A program made the position numbers and the translations under genes. The notes beneath the pieces are model-generated. The model had not been told where the DNA came from, made no database searches, and worked only from the letters and a program-made list of their open reading frames with translations. From Octopus sinensis (taxonomy: Eukaryota), in assembly GCF_006345805.1 (NCBI RefSeq), contig NC_043024.1, forward strand, positions 15,562,001-15,626,000: a stretch of DNA of 64,000 nt. Reading direction: 5' to 3'. Of the stretch, positions 47,955 to 61,719 are shown piece after piece; within the stretch, counting starts at the first letter, position 1; the number at the start of each line of letters is the position of its first letter.

Positions 47955-48440
47955 GGCTACTCAAAGTATCCACTTTCTGGTTCCATCACAACCTCAAGAT
48001 GACTCTGGAATCTGGTGCATGCATTTTTCACTGTGCCCCTAGGAAGATCTTCAAACATCTCCCTGATCTTGGCCACCAGCTTGGCTCTGGTGTTGCAGGC
48101 TGAGTGTCAAGTGTTTTTCTCAACTGTATGCCATGCAAAATAATCCATTGCATTACAATCGGGGGAATCTGGAGGCCAGAAATTGGGGCTGGTGAAGTTG
48201 TAGAAATTCTCTGACAACCACTTTTGACTCTCTTCAGAACTAAATCCTGCTGCCACACATATGGCCTTCCAGGAACAACCCTCTCCAGCCAGGCTTTGAC
48301 CACAATCTCCAGCAGCTTCACAGTTGTCTGAACTGAATTTAAGGCCCTATTCAAAGATGTGGGGTAACATGATGTCACCCTCCCTGGAGACATAGCCAAA
48401 AACCATTAAAGTTTGGAACAATGTGGTTTCCATGATGTCC
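47955..48440 (-). pseudogene. Tc1/mariner-superfamily transposase C-terminus, probably maT (DD37D)
   Basis: MVFGYVSREGDIMLPHIF...PYVWQQD/SQKWLSENFY...WPPDSPDCNAMDYFAW; a deletion prevents direct counting of the D-D spacing, so the family call is inferred. Confidence 0.75.
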
Positions 48441-48820
48441 AGTTTTCACAGAGCATTGAACAGCAGTCATGATGTCAGGAATTTAAACCAGGTGCAAATC
48501 ATTATGATATAGGTAACTCTTTTCTAATATTCAGATGTTTCCAGCCTTCCATGTAAGCTAAAAAACAGTCAAGGTATCAGTTGCTTCGTGACAGCTTTAT
48601 CTTCAAGCCTGTGACAGTTGAGACTTCCAGCATTCTTGGCCCTTGGACCATACCCCTGCTCACTGTTATTGGGGTGGAGATTGCTGTCTACGAGTGTGAG
48701 CCTTATGAGTCAGAGTGGCTGTTCCAGTGCACCTTCCTCACCATCCTCCTGGGCAACACCTTTTCTATTTTGTCCACCGGGGCCATGAGAAATGTTTCTA
48801 TATTGTAAGAAGCAAGATTC

Positions 48821-49238
48821 TTAAGGCAGCGAGCTGGCAGAAACATTAGCATGCCAAGCGAAATGCTTAGTGGTATTTTGTCTGCCGCTGTGTTCTGAGT
48901 TCAAATTCCACCGAGGTTGACTTTACCTTTCATCCTTTCGGGGTCGATAAATTAAGCACCAGTTACTCACAGGGGTCGATGTAATCGACTTAATACCTAT
49001 GTCTGTTCTTGTTTGTCCCCTCTATGTTTAGCCCCTTGTGGGTAATAAAGAAATAGGTATTTGGTCTGTCTTTACGTTCTGAGTTCAAATTCTGCCGAAG
49101 TTGACATTGCCTTTCGTCTTTTCAAGATTGATTAAGTAAGTACCAATCACGCACTGGGGTCAATATAATCATCTTAATCTGTTTGTCTGTCCTTCTTTGT
49201 CCCCTTTGTGTGTAGCCCCTTGTAGGCAGTAAAGAAAT
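48821..49238 (+). mobile_element. SINE-B dimer (older)
   Basis: Second body starts at 49056; 15-bp TSD TAAGAAGCAA(G/A)ATTC at 48806-48820 and 49238-49252. Confidence 0.85.
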
Positions 49239-49756
49239 AAGAAGCAAAATTCTCCGTATTTGAGTAATACATCTCTATTCCCTAACAATTTTTACAGTAG
49301 CAGTAGCATTGATAATGTGATCATCATCATCATCATCATCATCATCATCGTTTAGCGTCTGTTTTCCATGCTAGCATGGGTTGGACGGTTCTACTGAGGT
49401 CTGTGAAGCCAGAAGGCTTCATCAGGCCCAGTCAAATCTGGCAGTGTTTCTACGGCTGGATCAGGAAATGAAATTAAAATAACAATAATGGTGGTTGTCT
49501 TGTGAAATATAATTTCAAATAACTTCATACAGTAACAGATAGAAACCTTATAGCCATTCTTTTTAAATACAGCTTTAATTCTTATGCTTTCCAATGCCGT
49601 TCACTGTTCATCAATGCATCAAGTTATTCTTCAAAAAAAGGAAACATAAAAACTGTCGATTTTAGCTCAAACGTTCCGTATATATGTAGGGCAGGGCAAG
49701 ACATTTTAAGAAAAACTACTACTTTCTGATGCTTAGTAGCCTTTCTTCATCTACAC

Positions 49757-50448
49757 CAGTGTTTCTTAACAGGGGTTCACATGGATCTTGAGGGTCCACA
49801 GAAGGTTTTTGCTATTGAAATTTATGTGCAACTAGCAGCATAGCCCAGCATTGCCCGGGTATGTAAGAGCCCCTAGTAGGCAACGACTAATCCCAATCTA
49901 GTCCTTTCCCTCTTGGGAACGAAGGCGCATGTGCAGGTTGCAATATCTTCTCTTCACTCGAATACTTCTGTGTATACGATGTTCCTAGCTGTCCTTTTGG
50001 GCGATAAAAAGGTCGAGTTGTGTCCCCTAGACAGAAAATGTGTTGCATATAAAAAGCTTAGATTCTCGACCCCATGTCGAATTTATCGATCTTTTTCAGA
50101 ACTGGGGGAACTTTTCAAAGTTTTCGCTGCGTTAGTTTTGAATTATGACATTGGGCTATGTGTGTGTCAAGTTTCATCAGAATCGGTTGAAAGCCGTGGT
50201 CAGGGTGAGGGTACAACCTAACAGACACACAGACACACAGACAGACAAACTGCCGTTTATATATAGAGAGATAAATTGGACATATTTCCATAATAAACAA
50301 AATGTTTTAACAATTTTTTATACAATTATTAATAATATTTAATTATAAAAATATAATAGGACATTTTAAACAGCAAATGACTGGGAGTCAAATGCAGTGA
50401 AATAGAAATCAAAGGGGTCTGTAGATATAAAAACGGTTAAGAAGCACT
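49757..50448. mobile_element. hAT-type MITE hosting a Helitron
   Basis: TIRs CAGTGTTTCTTAAC / GTTAAGAAGCACTG; flanking 8-mers ATCTACAC / CTCAATAC match at 5 of 8 positions. Confidence 0.65.
49832..50271 (-). mobile_element. Non-autonomous Helitron, second family
   Basis: Minus strand TC start, (CTGT)n near the 5' end, subterminal CCCGGGCAATGCTGGG hairpin, CTAG|T end. Confidence 0.8.
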
Positions 50449-50934
50449 GCTCAATACCCTCAATTTATTTTAAAGGAAGAGCTATTGTCTTGGGATGATG
50501 CAGCTTTGCATCAGTGCTGTTGCAGGTGTTGTTAGAACACAAGGTAAAAAAGGAAACAGTGAAGATCTCACCTGAGTCATTTAGATTCATAAGGGCTGGT
50601 TTCCCACTTTCCATGGCGTATATGTTCCCTATAACCCTACAACCACCACCTCTACCCACATCACCACCACAATATTTCCACCACCCCTGCCACTACCAAT
50701 ACCACCACCACCACCACTATTATCTGTATCACCATCACCATAACCACCACATCACCATAACCACCGCTACCACCACCAACATCACAACCACTACCACCAT
50801 GATAACAGTCATCATCACAAACACCATCACCTCTACCACCACCTCCTCTACTTCCACCACCACTAATACTACCACCATCACCACACACCCACAACAACAG
50901 CACCCCCACCACCACCACCACCACCACATAAGAA

Positions 50935-51456
50935 CTGTGACTTTTGATCTTAACTGATTGGAAGTGTTATCAGGTATAAAAGTCTTGGTATAAAAGATGG
51001 GCTCCAGCAAATATTCTGCTCAATACCACAGATTTGCTTGTCCGTTGTTTGACCGTAACCAGTTGAGCATGTCCCTTAGTGGCTGATAATATGTGCATCT
51101 CTGATCATGAGCAGAAGTAGTTGGGGAGCATCATAGTCATGTGTTGAGAGGGATTGTTTGGGGTTTGAATAATTCACCTCTGGAAACATGGGTGTTTTGT
51201 TCAACATCCTTAAACAACCCTTATTCAGGGACATTTTGAGCAGGATAGACTACTCGACCAGAAGAAAATTCTAACTGGGCCCCACCTGAAAGGTCATGTG
51301 CTCTTTATCTTGATATGAGATCACCATGTCGTGCACATATGGTTGTGATGCATGTGCCTGGTGTACCCTTATCAGATGGGTAGTCATGATGGGTATACTG
51401 GGCTTCATATATTTTACCCTAGTGTCACTTTGATGGCATGCACTGCTCTCTCACTC
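50935..51456 (+). mobile_element. Element G (unclassified, about 550 bp), lacking its left end
   Basis: Highly similar to 62470-63023; followed by (AAT)n. Confidence 0.8.
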
Positions 51457-51589
51457 AATAATAATAATAACAATAATATTGACAACAATAGTAGCAGTGC
51501 TATGTCAGATTTTGATTTACATCATTGGAAATTTAGTTTATGCTTGGTTTAAGCACCAAATTCATTGGATAACAATAGTGAATTCTTAT

Positions 51590-51889
51590 TACTATACTCT
51601 CTCTCTCTCTCTCTCTTTCTCTCTCTTTCTCTTTCTCCTAACCACTATCTTTCTCCCTTTCTCTTTCGCACCGTCCCTATCATTCTCTTCTCTTCATTCT
51701 CTTTTTATCCCTCACTTTCTCCCTCCCCCTCTCTCCCTTCCATTCTCTTTCTAACTATCACTCTCTTGCTCTCCCCTACTCTTGCTCTCACTCTCTGTCT
51801 CTCTCTTTCTCTTTTTCTGTGTCTATCTTTCTCTCTCTTTGTCACTTTCTGAATCTCTTTCATTATCTCTCTCTTTCTATATCTACCTT

Positions 51890-51928
<39 letters not shown>

Positions 51929-52070
51929 GTAATCCTCTAAATCTCTCTTTATCTCTCTGTATCTCTCTTAACCTTTCATCATCTCTCCCTTTCTCTCTCT
52001 CTCTCTCTCTCTCTCCCTTTCATATATCACACACTCTCCCCTCATTTGTTTTTCCATCTCTCTCTGTCTC
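51590..52070. repeat. (CT)-rich polypyrimidine tract
   Basis: Read directly. Confidence 0.9.
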
Positions 52071-52923
52071 TTTCCCCCATAAGTATAAAACCACCACCAC
52101 TACCCACATCACCACCACCACCACCACCACCACCACCACCACCACCACCACCACCACCACCACCACCACCACCACCACACCACCACCACCACCACCACCA
52201 CTATTATCTGTATCACCATCACCGCAAACACATCACCATAACCACCACTACCACCACCAACACCACAACCACTACCACCATCACCACACACCACAACAAC
52301 AACCCCCCCACCACCACCACCACCACACAAGAACTGTGGATTTTCTAATTTACAACAAAGATACAACAAATTGTTTGAAGTGGCCATTTTTGGAGAGGTG
52401 GAGGAGGCTGGGAGTACGATGGTTATATGGGTGGGGGAGGTGAATGGGGGCGAGGGTGGTTTAGTTTATCATTTGAAGTTGATCAATAAAGATTAAAAGA
52501 TAAATCAATAAATAATAAACAAATAAAATATAAATATAATTAAAACAAAAAAAAGCAATTTAAATAAAAAAAAAAACTGTAATGGCTTTTAATTCTGCAG
52601 TCAGGTAAACACAAATGGTTTATATTTATGTCATTCTGTATTTATTTATTGATTTCAGGATAGATTTGTATATGTATATATACATACACACATACATACA
52701 TATATACATACATAATCACACACACATACATACATACATACATACATACTTACATGCATACATACATACATATATGTAAATATGTAAATATGTAAATATA
52801 TATGTATATATGTATGTATAGATATATATATGTATACATATGTATGTGTATATATATGTATTTATATATATATACATACATAAAGAGAGAGACCGACAGA
52901 CAGAGATGGATAGATAGATAGAT

Positions 52924-52967
<44 letters not shown>

Positions 52968-52971
52968 TATA

Positions 52972-53077
<106 letters not shown>

Positions 53078-53458
53078 GTATACATATGTATGTGTATATA
53101 TATATAATGGCTTCTCTATGTATATATATATATATACACATATACATATATAGCAAAAAGAATGTGTTATAACGCATTATATATGTATATATATATACAC
53201 ACTCATACACACATGTATACAAATGTATGTATGTAAGAATGCATTGATTAAAATATGTGTTTGTTTGTTTTATAATCCTCATTTAATCAAGATATATTTT
53301 GGTAGACCCCACACCAGAATCTATCCGATGGCTGATTCATGAATATTCATGACGCCAATTAAATTGCTTGGTTGAGTTATTTGGATAAGTTTTAAAGATA
53401 GATCTATCAAGTGTGATTAATTGAGAAATGTATATGATGTTTGAATCTATGCACGTAT

Positions 53459-53870
53459 GCCAGGAGTGGCTGTGTGGTAAGTAGCTTGCTAACCAGCCAC
53501 ATGGTTCCGGTTTCAGTCCCACTGCGTGGCATCTTGGGCAAGTGTCTTCTGCTATAGCCCCGGGCCGACCAATGCCTTGTGAGTGGATTTGGTAGACGGA
53601 AACTGAAAGAAGCCTGTCGTATATATGTATATATATATATATAAGTGTATGTGTTTGTTTGTGTGTGTTTGTTCCCCTAGCATTGCTTGATAACCGATGC
53701 TGGTGTGTTTATGCCCCCGTCACTTAGCAGTTCAGCAAAAGAGACCGATAGAATAAGTACTGGGCTTACAAACAATAAGTCCCGGGGTCGATTTGCTCGA
53801 CTAAAGGCGGTGCTCCAGCATGGCCGCAGTCAAATGACTGAAACAAGTAAAAGAGTAAAAGAGTAAAGAG
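53459..53870 (+). mobile_element. SINE family A, full length
   Basis: Family match. Confidence 0.9.
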
Positions 53871-53877
53871 TATATAT

Positions 53878-53920
<43 letters not shown>

Positions 53921-54197
53921 ATATGTATATATATGGAGGTATGTTGGATTGTTGGTATGGCTGTTTTTTTATATGTAGAATAGTGTTATAACACATTCTT
54001 TTGCTATATATGTATATGTGTATATATATATTTGTATATGTATATATGGTAAATTAAAAATGGAAGATGGAAGATACGAGAATTTTTGTTAATCACTACA
54101 ATTGTTTTGACACATGTAGCATCGATCCCTCATGGGTGGGACATTTAACAACTGGTTCAGGTATAAACCATTTGTTTTATTATCTAATATATATGTA

Positions 54198-54258
<61 letters not shown>

Positions 54259-54260
<2 letters not shown>

Positions 54261-54500
54261 GTGCATGGCTTAGTGGTTAGGGTGTTGAACTCATGATTGT
54301 AAGGTTGTGGTTTTGATTCTTGGACCGAGCGATGCGTTGTATTCTTGAGCAAAACACTTCATTTCCCGTTGCTCCAGTCCACTCAGCTGGCAAAAATGAG
54401 TAACACTGCGATGGACTAAAGTTCCATCCAGCTGGGGAATTTCTACGCCACTGAAACCGGGAAACCAGCTCTTGAGCCTGGCATGGCTTGAGAAGGAACA
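54259..54500 (+). mobile_element. SINE with D head and T2-like tail
   Basis: D centre; tail ends GGCATGGCTTGAGAAGGAAC as in F/T2. Confidence 0.75.
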
Positions 54501-54503
54501 TTT

Positions 54504-54690
54504 GTGGAGGCGCAATGGCCCAGTGGTTAGGGCAGCGTAGTCGTGGTCGGAGGATTGCAGTTTCGATTCCCAGTTGTGTGTGATTATTGAGCAAAAACAC
54601 CTAAAAGCTCCACGAGGCTCAGGCAGGGGGTGGTGGCGACCCCTGTTGTACTCTTTTGCCATTACTTCCTCTCACTCTCTCTTCCTGGTT
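54504..54690 (+). mobile_element. SINE-F head and centre, 3'-truncated
   Basis: GGAGGCGCAATGGCCCAGTGG...TTTCGATTCCC; matches 59190-59571. Confidence 0.75.
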
Positions 54691-54843
54691 TCGTTGAAGA
54701 TGGAGACCATCCCTCCATGTGATCAGCTTGAAAAATCGTTGAGATATAATTTTCTTAACATGAAACCAATGGTAGCCTTAATTCTCAAATGAGGAAACTC
54801 TATCCACCAATGCGATGTTGAGCACTCATTTTCATTGTTCAAA

Positions 54844-54889
<46 letters not shown>

Positions 54890-55040
54890 ATGTATTAATT
54901 CAATATTGTCTGGATTATAACCTCATAATGTGCATTTGAAATCTCTTATATTGTCTTAAAAGCAATCTACCTGATGAAGTAACAACACACTGCCATTGCC
55001 GAATGATATTTATTCTTATAATTATTCATAAAGTAATTAC

Positions 55041-55365
55041 TTGACTCAGTGGTTAGAGCATCAAGCTTATGATCATAGGTTGTGAGTTCAATTCCCACAC
55101 TGGACTACGTGTTGTGTTCTTGAGCAAGACACTTTATTTCACGATGCTCCAGTTCAATGAACTGTAGAAATGAGTTGCATCATCACTGGTGCCAAGCTGT
55201 ATCAGCCTTTGCCTTTCCCTTGGATAACACCATTGGCATGGAGAGGGGAAGCTTGTATGCATAGCTGACTGCTGCTCTTCCCTAAAATATCCTCGTCTGA
55301 ACTTGTGCCTCGGAGAGGAACTTCCTAAGTGCAATCACATAGTCTTTCATGACCAAAGGGGGTCT
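55041..55365 (+). mobile_element. SINE family E
   Basis: Match to 38048-38384. Confidence 0.75.
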
Positions 55366-55784
55366 TTTTTAATCTCATGTAATGGTATGAGAATGAAGAC
55401 TCTGTAACTTAAATCTGGTGTCATGGCACAGAAACAAATGGTGTAATTTGTAATTTGTAATTAAATCCTGTTTACTTCATCTTCTAGTTGTATAAATTTA
55501 CATACCTTATATAATTTTTACCTTTTACTTGTTTCTGTCATTAGGCTGCGGTCATGCTGGAGCACTGTCTTGAGGAATTTTCAAACAAAAGAATCGACCC
55601 TAGTCCTTATTTCCATTTTTTAAGCTTGATTCTTATTCTATTGTTCTCTTTTGCTAAACTGCTAAGTTACGGGGACATAAATGCACAAATGTCAAGTGGT
55701 GAAGGACAAATACACACGCAAACACACACACAGACACACACATGAAAATATGCACACACACACACATACACACATATTTGTGTC

Positions 55785-56175
55785 CTTTTACTTGTTTCAG
55801 TCATTTAACTGTGGCCACGAGGGAGCACCGCCTTGAAGGGTTTTTAGTCGAACAAATTTACCCCAGCACTTATTTCTTAAGCCTAGCACTTATTCTATTG
55901 GTCTCTGTTGCCAAACTTCTAAGTTACGGGGATGTAAACACACCAACACCAGTTGTCAAGCAATGATGGGAGCACAAACACAGACACAAAGACACACACA
56001 TACATATATTTGTGATGGGCTTCTTTCAGTTTCTGTCTACCAAATCCACTCACAAGGCCTTGGTTGGGTTGAGGCTATAGTAGAAGACACTTGCTCAAGG
56101 TGCTGCACTGTGAGTCTGAACCCAGAACCATGTTGTTGGGAGGCACATTTCTTACCACACAGCCATGCCTGTGCC
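55785..56175 (-). mobile_element. SINE family A
   Basis: Family match; a second tail fragment lies at 55520-55740. Confidence 0.8.
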
Positions 56176-56335
56176 TATGTATATACATATATAATATAAT
56201 ATTATATATATATATATATATATATGTATAATATATATGTATATGTATATTGTATATGTATATATGTATATGTATATATGTATATATGTATATATGTATA
56301 TATAATATATATATTATATATATATATATTATATA

Positions 56336-56374
<39 letters not shown>

Positions 56375-56399
56375 TATAAGTACCAGTTTCGCATAGCCC

Positions 56400-56860
56400 C
56401 AGCCCATCCAAGGTAGCTTGGATTGCAGAACGACCTGCTGTGTTATCTTGGATCGTAGAGTGACCTGCTGTGCTTGAAGAGGCCTATTGAGTTAAGTACA
56501 TCAATATCAAGATAAATATCAAATGGAAATTGTAGTTGTGATACCTGTGCCGGTGGCATGTAAAAAGCATCATCCAAACATGGCCGATGCCAGCGCTGCC
56601 TTGATTGGCTTCTGTGCCAGTGGCACGTAAAAAGCACCAACCAATCGTGGCTGCTGCCAGCCTCCCTGGCATCTGTGCCAGTGGTATGTAAAAAGCACTC
56701 ACTACACACACGGAGTGGTTGGCGTTAGGAAGGGCATCCAGGTGTAGAAACACTGCCAGATCAGATTGGAGCCTGGTGCAGCCTCCTTGCTTCCCAGACC
56801 CTGGTCGAACCGTCCAACCCGTACTAGCACGGAAAACGGACGTTAAATGATGATGATGAT
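56400..56860 (+). mobile_element. RTE 3'-UTR fragment (family C)
   Basis: Three hairpin units and a (GAT)n tail. Confidence 0.8.
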
Positions 56861-56876
56861 ATATATATTATATATA

Positions 56877-56970
<94 letters not shown>

Positions 56971-57046
56971 ATAATGGTACAAACAATGCTCCAATATTTA
57001 CTGGAAATAGCAGTCGATGATACACAACGCTATAGTAAAGCTTCAC

Positions 57047-57104
<58 letters not shown>

Positions 57105-57326
57105 TACATGTGTATGTGTGTGTGTGTGTGTGCGTGTGTGTGTATTCTCAGACAAATGTGTGTGTCCTATAAGTTAATGAACATTAATTAGTAGAGCAAA
57201 ATAATTAGTTTTTACACCTGTTATCTTAGGTTTCTTTCAATTATTCATTCTCTCTCTTTCTCTCTATCTCTCCCTCCATCCCCCATCTCTAATGCTCTCT
57301 CCCTCCATCTCTGCTTGTGTGTATGC

Positions 57327-57363
<37 letters not shown>

Positions 57364-57382
57364 TAGATAGATAGATAGATAT

Positions 57383-57482
<100 letters not shown>

Positions 57483-57824
57483 TTGGATGGACAGAAAGAC
57501 ATGAGACAAACAGCCAGACAGATAGATATTCTCATCATCATCATCATCATCATTTTAATGTTTGCATTGCCATACTTGGGGCAGAGTTTCTACAGTCTGC
57601 TGCCCTTCATTGGCTGACCTTCAAGTATCATTACCTTCCAAGTAAGGTAATGATATTTCCCCATGGCCAGAAGATGTTTACACAGATTATTGGAAATGAA
57701 TGAAGCTACTTGTACATTTACAACTACCATGCAAGATCAAGACAAGGAGACACATACACACAAATGCATGCAAACACACACATGTACGCACATAGCTACA
57801 CACATATTCATATATATTAATCTC

Positions 57825-58060
57825 AGTGTACAGTATTAAATATCCATCACAGTCAATCTTATCCATTGGTTTCACACTGGGTTTTAAACAGGATGCTAGA
57901 TAACAGCCCAGTTGTGCAACACCATGTGTTCGTCAGAGATAAGAGGTATGGACAAGCATATAGTGTTACAGAAGTGGTCTGTTATCTAACATCTAGTTTA
58001 ATACCCACTGTGAAACTTATGGGTAAGATTTTCTGCGATGGATATCTGACACTATACACT
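57825..58060. repeat. Imperfect inverted repeat (arms about 85 bp, 66-bp spacer), probable MITE
   Basis: 57825-57909 is the reverse complement of 57976-58060 with scattered mismatches. Confidence 0.75.
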
Positions 58061-58231
58061 TTGTTTAATATATCTACATTATTGACAAATATACAAGGGC
58101 ATATTGTTTTTCTGACTTACAAATTCTCAGAGGACTATATATATATATATACACTTCACCATCGTCATCATCATCATTAACATCAGTGTCCCATGCTAGC
58201 ATGGGTATGCATATATTTATATATATATATA

Positions 58232-58397
58232 GGCATAGAAGTGGCTGTGTGGTATATAGCTTGCTTACCAACCACATGGTTCCGGGTTCAGTCCCACTGC
58301 GTTGCACCTTGGGCAAGTGTCTTCTACTATAGCCTCAGGCTGACCAAAGCCTTGTGAGTGGATTTGGTAGACGGAAACTGAAAGAAGCCCGTTATAC

Positions 58398-58448
<51 letters not shown>

Positions 58449-58664
58449 GTATGTGTGTGTATATATTTGTGTTTGCCCCCCCCCCCCGGCATTGCTTGAC
58501 AACCGATGCTGGTGTGTTTACGTCCCCGTAACCTAGCGGTTTGGCAAGGTAGACCGATGGAATAAGTACTAGGCTTACAAAGAATAAGTCCTGTGTTTGA
58601 TCTGCTCAACTAAAGGCAGTGCTCCAGCATGACCACAGTCAAATGACTGAAACAAGTAAAAGAG
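58232..58664 (+). mobile_element. SINE family A, full length
   Basis: Family match. Confidence 0.9.
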
Positions 58665-58682
58665 TATATATATATATATATT

Positions 58683-59169
58683 AGCAGCAGCAGCATCATT
58701 CAGTGTCTGTTGTCCATGCTGGTATGGGTAGGATGATTTGACTGGGCTGCACCAGATTCCAGTCTGATTTGGCATGGTTTTCTATTGCTGGATGCCCTTC
58801 CTAATGCCAACCACCCCGAGAGTCCAAAGGTTGCTTTTACATGACACTTGCACAAGTGCCATTTGCATGACACTGGGGTGCGTTTACCATCCACCAGCAT
58901 GGGTTTAAATTTGCATGACACCAGTATCTGTCTCAACTGCAATTTTGCTCGGCTTGATGGGTCTTCTTCTCAAGCACAGCATATTGCCAAAGGTCTTGGT
59001 CATTGCCTCTGTGAGGCCCAACACTCGAAAGGAACTCAACCACTTGGCCTCCATGTGGCCCAATGCTTGAAAGAAACTCATCCATTTTGCATCCGTGAGG
59101 CACAATGCTCAAAAGGAGCTCAGTCACTTTGCCTCCATCAGGCCCAGTGCTCAAAAGGAAATCAACCAC
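58683..59169 (-). mobile_element. RTE ORF end plus family C UTR, with a 42-bp tandem array at its 5' junction
   Basis: FRVLGLTEAMT/DLWQYAVLEKKTHQAEQNCS*, then AGGAAGGGCATCC and tail; four 42-bp units at 59005-59169. Confidence 0.78.
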
Positions 59170-59189
59170 ACATATATATATATATATCA

Positions 59190-59571
59190 GTTGGCACTCT
59201 GTCGGTTACAACGATGAGGGTCCCAGTTGATCAGATCAACGGAACAGCTTGCTTATGAAATTAACATGCAAGTGGCTGAGCACTCCACAGACAGGTGTAC
59301 CCTTAACGTAGTTCTCAGGGAGATTCAGCGTGACACAGAGTGTGACAAGGTTGGCCCTTTGAAATACAGGTACAACAGAAACAGGAAAAAAGAGTGAGAA
59401 AAAGTTGTGGCAAAAGAGTACAGCAGGGTTTGCCACCACCCCCTGCCAGAGCCTCGTGTAGCTTTAGGTGTTTTTGCTCAATAAACACTCACAACGCCCA
59501 GTCTGGGAATCGAAGCCACAATCTTACGATCATGAGCCCACTGCCCTAACCACTAGGCCATTGCACTTCCA
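59190..59571 (-). mobile_element. SINE-F with tail T1, full length
   Basis: tRNA-like head, F centre and a tail shared with 2900-3085. Confidence 0.8.
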
Positions 59572-59593
59572 CACACACACACACACACACATG

Positions 59594-59629
<36 letters not shown>

Positions 59630-60337
59630 CACAAAATGGGACTAGAACGCAAAACACACACACATACACAGTGGACTTCTTTCATTTTCATTCTACCAAA
59701 TCCCCTATCAAGGCTTTCATGAGCCTAGGGCTATAGGAAAAGACTGCAAAAGGTTGTAGATTGATAAAACACAAGGGTGGTGGGAGATTGGTAGAATGTA
59801 AGGGCGACAAGTTGGAATGGGTTTTAGAGCAGTGGTATGCCTGTGGGTTTTTTTCTGGTTCTTTTAGTTCTGAGTTCAAATCCTGTTGAAGTCAATTTTG
59901 CTGTTCATGCTCCCAGGGGCCAATGAAATATAAAACCATCAGAATAAAGTACTAGGTTCATTAGAATCAAGTAACCCCATCCCCTCAAAATTACTAGACT
60001 TAGGTTTTAATTAAAAGCCTTTATTATTTACTAGAATGTTCTGTTAATTGGAAAAATGGAATATTTATTAGCAAAACTGGCAGCTGAATTAATGTGTGTG
60101 TGTGTGTGTGTGTGTGTGAGTGTGTTTGTGTATGTGTTTTCTTGTATGCATATGCGCATGTGTGAGTGTGTGAGTGTGTGTGTGTGCATATGCATGAGTG
60201 TGTATGTATGTTCAAGTATGTATGTGCATATGTGTACGTATTCATGTATACATGCATATATGTATCACATATCTATTTATGTACATACATGTATGTACAT
60301 GTTTGTATGCATGTATGTATATGCATATATATATGTA

Positions 60338-60472
60338 TTGCTTATCAACTACATGATTCCGGGTTCAGTCCCACTGCATGGCACCTTGGGCAAGTGTCTT
60401 CTACTATAGCCTCGGGCCAACCAAAGCCTTGTGAGTGGATTTGGTAGATGGAAACTGAAAGAAGCCTGTCAT

Positions 60473-60509
<37 letters not shown>

Positions 60510-60734
60510 TGTGTGTGTTTGTGTGTCTGTGTTTGTCCCCCCAACGTCACTTGACAGCCGATGCTGGTGTGTTTATGTCCCTGTAACTTAGCAGTTTGGC
60601 AAAAGAGACCAATAGAATAAGTACTAGGCTTACAAAGAATAAGTCCTGGGGTCGATTTGCTTGACTAAAGGTGATGCACCAGCATGGCCGCAATCAAATG
60701 ACTGAAATAAGTAAAAGAGTAAAAGAGTAAAGAG
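60338..60734 (+). mobile_element. SINE family A (head slightly truncated)
   Basis: Family match. Confidence 0.88.
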
Positions 60735-60774
<40 letters not shown>

Positions 60775-60778
60775 CATA

Positions 60779-60810
<32 letters not shown>

Positions 60811-60932
60811 TACACAATGTGGGCCAAAAGTCATGTACCAAAACTGTTGACATTTTCTTTTTTCTTCATCTTCTTCTTCTTCTCTTCTTCTTCTTCTTCT
60901 TCTTATTCTTATTATTATTATTATTATTATTA

Positions 60933-61029
<97 letters not shown>

Positions 61030-61364
61030 TTTTGTTCATGTACAGGTACACGTCTATTCATCATTGTTTTATTCAGTTTTAGAGAATTGAAAGCATGTCT
61101 TGCTCTAATTGTCTTTCACAATTCAGGAGCATATCGATCCTATTTTGTGCATGACTTTTGGCCCACCCTGTATATATCATCATTGTTTAACATCCGCTTT
61201 CCATGCTAGCATGGGTTGGACGATTTGACTGATGACTGGCAAACCAGATGGCTGCACCAGGCTCCAATCTGATCTAGCAGAGTTTCTACAGCTGGTATGG
61301 TGTATGTATGTATATATATATATATATACAAATATATGTATCTATGTATATATATGTATATATA

Positions 61365-61407
<43 letters not shown>

Positions 61408-61719
61408 GTATGTATGTATGTATGTATATATATACATATGTGTATGTATATATATATATATATAATATATATATAAGTATATATATATATGTGTGTATAT
61501 ATATATTCATATATTCATATACACATGCATATATGTGTGTGTTAGTGTGTGTTCCTATATATGTTCATATATGTATAGGTGTATGTATGTGTATATATGT
61601 GTGTGCGTGTGTGTGTTTGTGTGCAGGTATGTACGTATGTATTAATGTATGTATGTGTTAATAATCACAAATACCGAAGTCCTGAGAGGAGTATGTCCAG
61701 AGGACAGAACACCTTTTCA

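Noticed and set aside
54965-55010. CTGATGA-A-GTAA...TTGC-C-GAAT as a decayed hammerhead
   Set aside because: Weak stem II, GAAT instead of GAAA, and no stem I; too degenerate to call.
57905-57940. Minus-strand CTGACGA plus ACAC/GTGT stem in the inverted-repeat spacer
   Set aside because: No GAAA after the stem.
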